Source: a virus
Taxonomy: Duplodnaviria > Caudoviricetes
DNA length: 25,019 bases
Virus record (IMG/VR): IMGVR_UViG_3300009151_000346
Coordinates: 1-25,019 of that record
Reading direction: 5' to 3' (one strand)
Within the stretch, counting starts at the first letter, position 1. The number at the start of each line of letters is the position of its first letter. Below, piece by piece: positions 16,875 through 25,019 of the stretch. The notes under the pieces are model-generated. The model worked only from the letters and a program-made list of their open reading frames with translations, had not been told where the DNA came from and ran no database searches. A program made the position numbers and the translations under genes.

Positions 16875-18260
16875 TTAAATTGAACTAACCTGTAACCAAA
16901 TTTTATTAGCACCATCTACAATATATTGTAGATATGCATACGTATTTTGATTTATCCAAAAATCTCCAACTCGTGGATCAGTCGGTGTACTAGTACTTAC
17001 TGTTACTCTAGGAGTGTATAACAAATAATTTTCATCTGGATGACCTTCATTGCTATATACACTACCATCTGCTCCAATTCCACCTATAACTCGAAGAGAA
17101 CCTGTTTCCCTTGATGTAGAGTTTTCCCCTAATCCTACACTAAGTGTAGAATATATTTCACTAGTACCGGTTCCGTCATAATAAAATATACTACCAATAC
17201 CAATTTGATTATCAATTCCATCTAAAATTGTTTCTGCACCAATAGAAATTATACCATTAACACTGGTTAGATTATTTCCTACCTCGTTGCCTATAAAGAA
17301 ATTATTAGATCCAGTGGTTAAATCTTTTGCTGATCTATTACCAAGAATAAAATTGTTGCCACCGTCTATTAAGTTAAGAGCAGTCTCATGTCCAATAGAG
17401 ATATTATCATTACTGCTAACAACTCTACTTAATATTCCGCCGCTGCCATATGCAGTATATCCAGTACCATCAACGGTGGTTGATAAAAGAATATCCGTAT
17501 AAAGTGATAAATTACTTGTATCTATAGCATTAACATAATATTCATTACCATTTAATTCTGTCATTCCAGTAATATCAGCAATGGTAATAACGGACCCAGT
17601 ATTTAGATTATGATTTGCAACATGTATTACTACAGGATTTGCGTTAGTTGCATTAGTTATATTACCTACGTATATAGAATGAATAGTGCCCAAATTTTTC
17701 ATTGCACTATGGCCAATTGCAATACTATTAGAAATTTTAGTACCAGTGGAAAATATGTTTGATCCAATAGAAATAGTTTTATAGGCCTGGTCTATATTTT
17801 TTAATGTGTTATATCCAAATACTAAATTTTCTTGACCTCTATCTGGTGTTACAACTGTTTGTGCCGCACCTGTTACTACAATATTATTTTTCCCTTCATA
17901 CCCACGGCCAATAGTTATATCATTAACATGAATATCATCTTTCACCCATAAATTTCTACCAATTCCAACTCCTCCATTAACTACTAGTGTTCCGGTAGCG
18001 GTACTTGTTGATAGTGAGGTTGTTCCTGTAGAAAGTATAGTAATTGTTCCAGTACTTTGATTACTATACATTTTAGATTGATTAAATTCAATATTCCCCA
18101 AACTAGATGCATATGATGTTTGCAAAAATTTGTTGGTAATTATAGTAAAACCAGTAGTAGTAGAAGCACTTTCAGGCAACTGGGGTTGGGCATTTGATAC
18201 CTGAAGGAATTCCCCGCTGCCTCCACCTCTTAATCTTGATCCACTTAATAAATTAGCCAT
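16875..18260 (-). CDS. Virion structural / fibre protein (461 aa) with NxxIG repeats and an inserted beta domain
   Basis: NSIAIG, NISIG, NFILG and NFFIG repeats; ITNATNANPVVI...HNL...ITGMTELNGNEYYV insert; GGVGIG module; C-terminal PTDPRVGDFWI. Confidence 0.7.
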   Translation of the reverse strand: MANLLSGSRLRGGGSGEFLQVSNAQPQLPESASTTTGFTIITNKFLQTSYASSLGNIEFNQSKMYSNQSTGTITILSTGTTSLSTSTATGTLVVNGGVGIGRNLWVKDDIHVNDITIGRGYEGKNNIVVTGAAQTVVTPDRGQENLVFGYNTLKNIDQAYKTISIGSNIFSTGTKISNSIAIGHSAMKNLGTIHSIYVGNITNATNANPVVIHVANHNLNTGSVITIADITGMTELNGNEYYVNAIDTSNLSLYTDILLSTTVDGTGYTAYGSGGILSRVVSSNDNISIGHETALNLIDGGNNFILGNRSAKDLTTGSNNFFIGNEVGNNLTSVNGIISIGAETILDGIDNQIGIGSIFYYDGTGTSEIYSTLSVGLGENSTSRETGSLRVIGGIGADGSVYSNEGHPDENYLLYTPRVTVSTSTPTDPRVGDFWINQNTYAYLQYIVDGANKIWLQVSSI

Positions 18261-18273
18261 ATTAATCTCTCTT

Positions 18274-18684
18274 TTATGTATTTGCCGTTTCTAAAACGCT
18301 CAATACTAATTGAAGTGTACCTGTACTGCTACCATATGCACGTATACTATCAAGTTGTTCTAAAATCAATTTACCAGTTAATACTGATGCAGAGTCTCCA
18401 GAGGGAATTGAAAAATTCTTCACTAATGGACTATCGGTATTTCCAGCTTGAGAACCGTTTCCTTGTGCGTCTGATAATATTGGTCTATTTCTATGATGCA
18501 TGAAACTACAATATTGTGTTTGTGTGCCAATATTTGCTACTTGGGCCATTAGAATAATTGAAGTTACTCCAATTGGTGCTGTATATACTGTAGAGGTACT
18601 AACTCCGTTATAATTAGAATACGTGATTGATCCTGTCAACACTGTTGTTTTTGTTTTAAATGTGTTTAATGGTATTAACGCCAT
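18274..18684 (-). CDS. Small virion structural protein (136 aa)
   Basis: MALIPLNTFKT...VYTAPIGVTSIILMAQVAN...GKLILE...LVLSVLETAN. AAGGA SD, tight operon packing. Confidence 0.7.
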   Translation of the reverse strand: MALIPLNTFKTKTTVLTGSITYSNYNGVSTSTVYTAPIGVTSIILMAQVANIGTQTQYCSFMHHRNRPILSDAQGNGSQAGNTDSPLVKNFSIPSGDSASVLTGKLILEQLDSIRAYGSSTGTLQLVLSVLETANT

Positions 18685-18700
18685 GATTTATCCTTTTATA

Positions 18701-21700
18701 TTATCCCATTCCGCCGCCTTCAATTGCTAGAATGAACGGAGTCATGTTAGCAAATAAAGATTTAGTAAATGTTCTACCGCTTAGAACACCTGTTGCCTGA
18801 CTAATTACCAATCCTGGACCAATTCGGAAATCGCCGTTCTGGTCCGTACTTGTAAAGAATACTTTACCGCTATCTAGTTGTACAACTTCTTTACCTTGTA
18901 CAGGATCTGCAACGCCTCGTTGCGGTAATGCTCCATAGTTGGTACCGGCACCAACATATTCAAATACATATCCCGAAGCACTGATATAACTACGTTGATA
19001 GAAGTTAACTGTGGCTCCATCTGGGAATAAATCTGTTCTGGTTACTCCTTCACCTAATTGAACAATATGGTGGGCACCATCTCTTGACCAATAACTTAAA
19101 CCAGTTAACACTGAGTTGTATCTGCCACCGGTTTCAATATCATATATTAATCTTTGTAAAATTATTTTTATATCTCTCTGACATTTAAACTCATCGTATT
19201 GAGTTGATAACGAAGGATTGTTTATTTTTACACGAGCATTAATCTCGTCGGCTAAAAATTCAATATTAGCCTTAATTAATGTAATTGCATCACCGCCGCC
19301 TTGAACAGTGGGTCCTGATTTAGTTCGTTGACTTAGTTTGATAACAGCTTCGGCAGCAGCTAATGTAAATGGTTGCCCAATACGGGTTGGATCAACAATA
19401 TTTTTTATTTCTTGGAATCGAAGATCAATAAATGTAGTTGCTAGACCGCCTCGTGCTACTAATGAAGCAGTAGTTTGATATGTAGGTACACCTTTATTAT
19501 TTCCACCAGGCCCAGATGTTTGTAATCGTGTAATCAATTGATTATTAACAACTTGATTAGTTAATGTATTTAAAAATGTCAATGCCTGAATGTGTGCAGA
19601 AACTTGATCAATTGTTCCACCTGTAGATGCTGTTGTTAGTATATTAATTCCTGATGGTTTAGGATTATTTCCAACAGTACTGCTTAAAACTGTATAGTAG
19701 GCATTTCCACAGAAATATAAATCAAAGTAATTATTATTATAACTGTTTAAAGTATTTAATGGATCAGATCCACCACTGGTCAATGCATAATTTAGTGTAA
19801 CACTTTGGTATCCAAGTGCAGTTACTACGGTTCCGGAGGCCGCATACAATATACCATTTGTTCCAGTTTGACTTGCATTTTGATCACGTATATATAAAGT
19901 ATTGCCAATGGCAATACCGGTTGTATCAATTCCTGTAATTGTAATACTACTGGTTGTTAATGTTCCTGTATTAGGAGCAGCATTTAAGAATCCAGGAAAT
20001 CCCTGATCATTAACATACGGAACTACATTACCTGTAAAATCTTTAAATGTTTCAGGTGGTACTGTTTCCATAACCAATGAAATATGTGGCCTGTCGTCTA
20101 AATCAGGTAAAAATATTCTTACTTGACCATTATTTGGCCAATATCCGTTTGGATAATATATATTAAGATCCGGATCATCTGGATATGCTTTATTTGGAGG
20201 ATTATAAACTGTTCCACTAAACTTACGTGATCCATACCCAGTTGATAATAAACAGATATCGCCAAAGTTAGCATTACTATTAACAATACTTGCAATACCG
20301 CCATTGTCAGTCTGAACACCAATAGAACAGAAAATTGTAAACACAGAAACTAACTGTGCGTATCCATCATTGGTAATATGAACTCCCCTACCACCTTGAT
20401 TAACTTGTGTAAACGCATCATAAACAAAAGATTGAATAGGACTTCGACTACTAATTACCGCACCGTCGACTAAACTACCTCCCATACTACCGATTGGATC
20501 AACTTTACGATTGTTCCAGGTAGATGCTCTGCCTGTATATTCTAAACTTAATGCTTCTACTTCTGAATCTCGCTTTGGATATATTGATGTTTCTCCAAAG
20601 TATAATGTAGAATTAGTACCAAACCCAATTGTTGGCGAACTTAATCCAATTAGATACTTATTTCCGCTGATCTGAGACACAGAAGTCACTGTCGGAGAAA
20701 TTTTTACATCAGATCCATTCAGTCCTGTTAATGCAAATAGACCACCTCCAGCGTATGATATTGGTGCATACAACGGACCTCTTTGAATTATATCAGTAAT
20801 AATACCAAAATTGCGAGTTACTGCCTGCTGCGGCATGTAGTCAGCACCATATTGGAAGAATGTATTAATTACCTGGACGGTTGTTGTTCCAGTTTGTGGA
20901 ATAACTGTGGTATTGGCAATAATCTTTAATGCTATATCTCTAGCATGATTGATAGCATTTGTTGTAGTAGTTTCTTGCCCTTGAACTTGATTATAACCAA
21001 AATTCCAATATGCCAATCCTGCGTCAACTGATTTTTTATTACCACCCAACAGTATATCTTGGCTAACAGCATCAACAATTAATCCAGTATCTCTGTAACA
21101 TAATTCTTCATCATATGAAAATTTACCAGGATTATAAGTTTGATCAATATAAGCAATTACTTCTTCAACAATGAATGCTTTGTTAGCCAACAAGTTTTTG
21201 TAAGCATTATTAATATTAGTATCAGCGCTCTTTGTAAGTGAAATAGAAGTACCAGGGCTGGCATTAGTAATGCTGGTTATAATGCTATTAATTTTAGTTA
21301 CTTTTGCATTTAATGTTATTGCTTCGGTAGCAGTAGCAGGAGTAAGAGATAAATTTTGTTTTACTCTTGCTTGTAATGCAGTTACTCTAATATTTTGTAT
21401 AATTTCTTGTGCTATTGTAGATAAATGTGTAAACGCATTAGTAGTTTGAACTATTTGTCCTTGTATTGAAGAACTTGCAGAATTTATGCCAAGGTAATAA
21501 ACACCTGCCTGAATACTTTGACGATTACCTCCGTGTAATAAATCAAAACATATACAATCAATTATTAATCCTATATCAGTTTTACATCTGTTTACATCAT
21601 AATTTGCTGATGAATATCCTAGCCCACCACTTGCAACAGAAGCTTGAATATACTCGTTTACTTCATTTTGTAAATAAGTTTTATTATTTTGTAACGATGT

Positions 21701-24202
21701 AACAGCATGTTGAACACTAAGTAATTGACTATCATCTCCGTTAGGAATAACACTGTCGGTCCATGTGGTGTTAACTTTATTAATAATATCTATTATTGTG
21801 TCAAACAATGGATTAATAATTGCAACTTCACTATCAGTAGCAGGTTCTATACTGATATTTTGAGAAGCAACTGAAAATCTTTGAACTAAATCATCGGTGG
21901 GTGTAATATTTTTTATAATTTTAACTGATAATTCTTTTAGATAACGAATGGCACCAGTAGTGGTACTTAATTCTCTTTCAATAGCACCGGTATACCCACT
22001 TTTATTCCAGTATTGAATTCCTGCAAAATTACTTTGTGTAAGTCCATTATATAATAAATCAAGTGCAATAGAGTCAACAATTAATCTTGTATCTCTACGA
22101 CACTTAATTTTACTGTATGGAAATGACCCTGCATAGATTACATTATTAATATAATTAATTGTATCTTCTTGTATAAACTTTCTGTTAGCTTGCATTAATA
22201 TTTCAGCACTAACAAAAGCAGCATCTGGACCAGTACTCTTATACATAGTGGGTGCAGCACTTGGTCCATTATTGATTATAGTAGTAATAATTCCAAACAA
22301 GGATGTTATTGAATCGGTTGCTATGCTACCGCCAAGTAATACAGTGTTTCTCACTTGTGAAAATAATCCACCTGATAGAGTATTTGTACATGTGGTATTA
22401 GTTATAACTTCCAAGCAACGAGCTTCAAGATAATTGATAGCATTACTAGTTTGTAGTTCCTGTCCTGCAATTAAACTAATCACTCCGTCATAATACGATA
22501 GCCCACTTTCTACCGCTTTTTGATTTCCACCAAATGCTGCGTCATATGCAACATTTTCAACCAATATGCCTACATCTCTTCGACATTTTTCTTGATTATA
22601 TGTAAATCTATACCATATACTCGATGGAGTACTTACATTACTTACTATTTGTTGATTTATATACTTAACAACTTGTTCTTGTAAAAACGGTTTACTGGCT
22701 AATAATAAAGTACGGGCATTAAAAAATCCTGGATTTTGCTCTCCCGCATTAATAGACATTCCGTTAACTATAGTACCTAAGCTAGTAGATACAACAATAG
22801 TGGTAGTATTAGCAATCCAGGTACCTGTACCAACCGCAGCAGGTACTTGTACAGTTTGACTTGGTACAAACATAGTACCATCTTTAAGCCACGGGCCGCT
22901 TTGATTAGTACAGTTTTGAATGTATGGAGAATGGAATAAATCAATTCGATCGCTGCCAGTTAGTGGAGGAAATGATGTTGCATACGCACCACGATTAAAT
23001 CCTTGAGCATACTGGCCTTCTAATAATCCACTACGTCCATTTAAGAAAGTCATATAGTTAAGATAGCATCCACTTTCTACATGAAATAAATCTTGTGTTT
23101 TATTAATCGGTTCAATAAACGTTGTACGGATATCACTACCTCTAATACTAGTATAAGGTTTCATTCTTAGAGGATTATCTTCTAGATAAAATCCAGCACT
23201 GACTAAAATTTGTGTACCAGGTTGATAGTACGGACTATTAAGTGCTGCTCCAATAGTACGGCAGGCACGACTTGCATCCATTGCACGACCGTCGTTGGTA
23301 TCATTACCGTCTACTGTAACATACAAAGTATTTGTAACTACTGGTGCAGTACCAATGGGATTTGTACCCCGTACTCTAATGTCACCATAAATGTCTGTTA
23401 AGCCTGCTTCGGGTCTAATATCAATGGTACCAGTGGTAGATGCAAGTACTCTAGTATATATATCGTGAACATAGGCTTCTGCCCATTGAGTACCAGTGTT
23501 ACCTAATTGTTGTTCAAGATCAACAGCAGGTATTATATCCCCTCCAATGGTCATTGTACTTGCAATTCCAACGCCTCCATTAACAACTAATGCACCGGTT
23601 TGCGTACTTGTAGATATATCACTTTGTTCTACAAATATCCTATCAGTTTTTAATGTTCCGGTAAAAGGATTATATCTTAATCCATTTCCTATTCCATCTT
23701 TGTCAACAAATACTATCTGATAAGATGAAGTATTCAATACAAAAGTAGGATAATAGTCTATATCAACATTAGTTGCGGTAACAACTACAGATAATGAAGT
23801 GTTGGCAGTTTCAATTCTGCCATATATAAATCCGCCAACGTTTAAATCTTTTTCAATACCAACGCCGCCAGATACATATAATGATGCAGTATTTCTATTA
23901 GCAGGAGTGTCGTACATGTCTGTAGGATCATACGGACGATTGTATTTGTTTTTAACATTATTTGGGCTAAGTATTCTCTGTTGTTCATTGTATATGAAAT
24001 TCCAAGAATTAGTTGCAGTACCTAAATTATAAGTTGAGGAAGTTTTTGGTATTAAATTGGTAATAAATTTTGCAAAAACGGCAATCGTACTAGTACTAGT
24101 ACTGGCTCCCAAAATAATATTTCCTGAAATGGACACCGTTCCATTCGTACCACTAGATACAATTTTATAATTACCTGGTAAATTTAATACGTTAGTTGTC
24201 AT
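18701..24202 (-). CDS. Large virion protein (1833 aa): pectin-lyase-like beta-helix with inserted alpha-helical CxRD repeats
   Basis: LYVTVDGNDTNDG...RTIGAAL...ILVSAGFYLEDNPL...SIRG beta-helix entry; SPYIQNCT; DAFTQVNQGG; five C-x-(R/T)-D repeats; C-terminal FTSTDQNGDFRIG. Confidence 0.8.
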   Translation of the reverse strand: MTTNVLNLPGNYKIVSSGTNGTVSISGNIILGASTSTSTIAVFAKFITNLIPKTSSTYNLGTATNSWNFIYNEQQRILSPNNVKNKYNRPYDPTDMYDTPANRNTASLYVSGGVGIEKDLNVGGFIYGRIETANTSLSVVVTATNVDIDYYPTFVLNTSSYQIVFVDKDGIGNGLRYNPFTGTLKTDRIFVEQSDISTSTQTGALVVNGGVGIASTMTIGGDIIPAVDLEQQLGNTGTQWAEAYVHDIYTRVLASTTGTIDIRPEAGLTDIYGDIRVRGTNPIGTAPVVTNTLYVTVDGNDTNDGRAMDASRACRTIGAALNSPYYQPGTQILVSAGFYLEDNPLRMKPYTSIRGSDIRTTFIEPINKTQDLFHVESGCYLNYMTFLNGRSGLLEGQYAQGFNRGAYATSFPPLTGSDRIDLFHSPYIQNCTNQSGPWLKDGTMFVPSQTVQVPAAVGTGTWIANTTTIVVSTSLGTIVNGMSINAGEQNPGFFNARTLLLASKPFLQEQVVKYINQQIVSNVSTPSSIWYRFTYNQEKCRRDVGILVENVAYDAAFGGNQKAVESGLSYYDGVISLIAGQELQTSNAINYLEARCLEVITNTTCTNTLSGGLFSQVRNTVLLGGSIATDSITSLFGIITTIINNGPSAAPTMYKSTGPDAAFVSAEILMQANRKFIQEDTINYINNVIYAGSFPYSKIKCRRDTRLIVDSIALDLLYNGLTQSNFAGIQYWNKSGYTGAIERELSTTTGAIRYLKELSVKIIKNITPTDDLVQRFSVASQNISIEPATDSEVAIINPLFDTIIDIINKVNTTWTDSVIPNGDDSQLLSVQHAVTSLQNNKTYLQNEVNEYIQASVASGGLGYSSANYDVNRCKTDIGLIIDCICFDLLHGGNRQSIQAGVYYLGINSASSSIQGQIVQTTNAFTHLSTIAQEIIQNIRVTALQARVKQNLSLTPATATEAITLNAKVTKINSIITSITNASPGTSISLTKSADTNINNAYKNLLANKAFIVEEVIAYIDQTYNPGKFSYDEELCYRDTGLIVDAVSQDILLGGNKKSVDAGLAYWNFGYNQVQGQETTTTNAINHARDIALKIIANTTVIPQTGTTTVQVINTFFQYGADYMPQQAVTRNFGIITDIIQRGPLYAPISYAGGGLFALTGLNGSDVKISPTVTSVSQISGNKYLIGLSSPTIGFGTNSTLYFGETSIYPKRDSEVEALSLEYTGRASTWNNRKVDPIGSMGGSLVDGAVISSRSPIQSFVYDAFTQVNQGGRGVHITNDGYAQLVSVFTIFCSIGVQTDNGGIASIVNSNANFGDICLLSTGYGSRKFSGTVYNPPNKAYPDDPDLNIYYPNGYWPNNGQVRIFLPDLDDRPHISLVMETVPPETFKDFTGNVVPYVNDQGFPGFLNAAPNTGTLTTSSITITGIDTTGIAIGNTLYIRDQNASQTGTNGILYAASGTVVTALGYQSVTLNYALTSGGSDPLNTLNSYNNNYFDLYFCGNAYYTVLSSTVGNNPKPSGINILTTASTGGTIDQVSAHIQALTFLNTLTNQVVNNQLITRLQTSGPGGNNKGVPTYQTTASLVARGGLATTFIDLRFQEIKNIVDPTRIGQPFTLAAAEAVIKLSQRTKSGPTVQGGGDAITLIKANIEFLADEINARVKINNPSLSTQYDEFKCQRDIKIILQRLIYDIETGGRYNSVLTGLSYWSRDGAHHIVQLGEGVTRTDLFPDGATVNFYQRSYISASGYVFEYVGAGTNYGALPQRGVADPVQGKEVVQLDSGKVFFTSTDQNGDFRIGPGLVISQATGVLSGRTFTKSLFANMTPFILAIEGGGMG

Positions 24203-24219
24203 TCTCTGATCCTCAGATA

Positions 24220-24225
24220 TATTTA
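24220..24225 (-). promoter_or_regulatory. Late-type TAAATA box upstream of a GAGGA SD
   Basis: The minus-strand intergenic sequence reads TAAATA-tatct-GAGGA-tcagaga-ATG. Confidence 0.55.
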
Positions 24226-24229
24226 TTTG

Positions 24230-24754
24230 TTAATGTACTCTTAGTTCAATTGCATCTACTAACGCACTACATTTATGTGGCCAGTTTGGGTGACTTTGGA
24301 ATCTTACTACCACACCAAAATTTGAATTTTGTATATTTCCTAGAGATAACACTGCTCCCCAAGTATTAGTTGGGTCTCCGTAAATGTTAGAGGGATCTAA
24401 CTTTAAAGTAGCTTGATTATCTCCTAACATATTTTCATCTAAACATAGTTGTACAGTTTCATCAGTTATTCTACCATATCTATTCATTGATAGTTTCATT
24501 TCAATACCTGATACAATATCGGGTATTGTATTAAAATTAAATCCAGTAGCTTTTAAAAAATAAGTTTTTTCCACTAAATCATGTTTTGGTTGTTTAGCAA
24601 TATGTAATAAGTCTCTTGACGTTTTTACAAATTTGCCATCTCGATTTTTAATTGAATAAAAATCATTATCAGTTAGCCATGATACGTGAATATTTTCAGC
24701 ATCGGGTTCGGCATATTGAATTACAGATGTAGGTAGTGTCCAATTGGAAGTCAT
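24230..24754 (-). CDS. Hypothetical phage protein (174 aa), probably a structural beta-sandwich
   Basis: Full ORF between late-type boxes. GFNF...VSGIE...YGDPTNTWG...FGVVVRF pattern. No function recognised. Confidence 0.7.
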   Translation of the reverse strand: MTSNWTLPTSVIQYAEPDAENIHVSWLTDNDFYSIKNRDGKFVKTSRDLLHIAKQPKHDLVEKTYFLKATGFNFNTIPDIVSGIEMKLSMNRYGRITDETVQLCLDENMLGDNQATLKLDPSNIYGDPTNTWGAVLSLGNIQNSNFGVVVRFQSHPNWPHKCSALVDAIELRVH

Positions 24755-24758
24755 ACCG

Positions 24759-24764
24759 TATTTA
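24759..24764 (-). promoter_or_regulatory. Late-type TAAATA box 4 nt before ATG 24754
   Basis: Reads GGTAAATA-cggt-ATG, the same GGTAAATA context as the gp13-like promoter. Confidence 0.6.
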
Positions 24765-24792
24765 CCTTAATGCATATACTACGCATTAAATG

Positions 24793-24817
24793 AAAAAAGG
24801 CTCCGCAGAGCCTTTTT
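24793..24817. terminator. Intrinsic terminator, potentially bidirectional
   Basis: AAAAAA-GGCTC-cgca-GAGCC-TTTTT hairpin about 20 nt downstream of the stop of the partial gene at the window end. Confidence 0.8.
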
Positions 24818-24838
24818 ATTACTAGCTAATATATTAGA

Positions 24839-25019
24839 TTAGATAGTATCTGCAATAGTAACAATTGTACCTGTGGCCGCATTTAAAGTCCACCCGGTAG
24901 CAACACCGTTACCTACTAAGAAAGATCCGGTAGCTGTAGTTTGAACTACAACTGCCTTACGTGCAGTTAATTTCCTAACATAGTAAGTGCTTCCGTTCCA
25001 ATCTGTAGCTACTATATTC
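24839..25019 (-). CDS. 3' end of a hypothetical (probably structural) protein, partial
   Basis: Manual translation ...NIVATDWNGSTYYVRKLTARKAVVVQTT...WTLNAATGTIVTIADTI*, followed by a terminator. Confidence 0.75.
   Translation of the reverse strand, partial: NIVATDWNGSTYYVRKLTARKAVVVQTTATGSFLVGNGVATGWTLNAATGTIVTIADTI

Noticed and set aside
1-25019. tRNA, rRNA, integrase or transposase genes
   Set aside because: Intergenic gaps are at most about 85 nt and AT-rich, with no cloverleaf seen. No mobile-element protein motifs recognised.

Overview
AT-rich 25 kb segment of a large T4-like (myovirus-type) phage genome, from the late/virion region. Left to right it holds: a partial dNMP kinase (T4 gp1-like); a gp13-like neck gene transcribed divergently from gp14-like and gp15-like genes; and a Nudix hydrolase. 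A long minus-strand block follows, with a putative glycan-modification cassette (GT2-like, radical SAM/SPASM, TPR plus two FkbM-like methyltransferases, glycosidase-like protein), a proline-free collagen-like fibre with an S74 chaperone, several Thr/Gly-rich repeat fibre proteins and a 1833-aa beta-helix protein. Several genes are preceded by T4-late-like (TA)TAAATA boxes, some only 4-7 nt from the ATG. Main anomalies: (1) a structured 55-nt segment separates the gp15-like ATG from its conserved N-terminus, suggesting a mini-intron or recoding; (2) tandem ~160-170 aa CxRD repeats in the 1833-aa protein resemble phycobiliprotein bilin-binding domains; (3) a candidate virion-fibre glycosylation system whose GT gene has an in-frame TAA. 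All family assignments come from motif recognition by eye; no searches were run.
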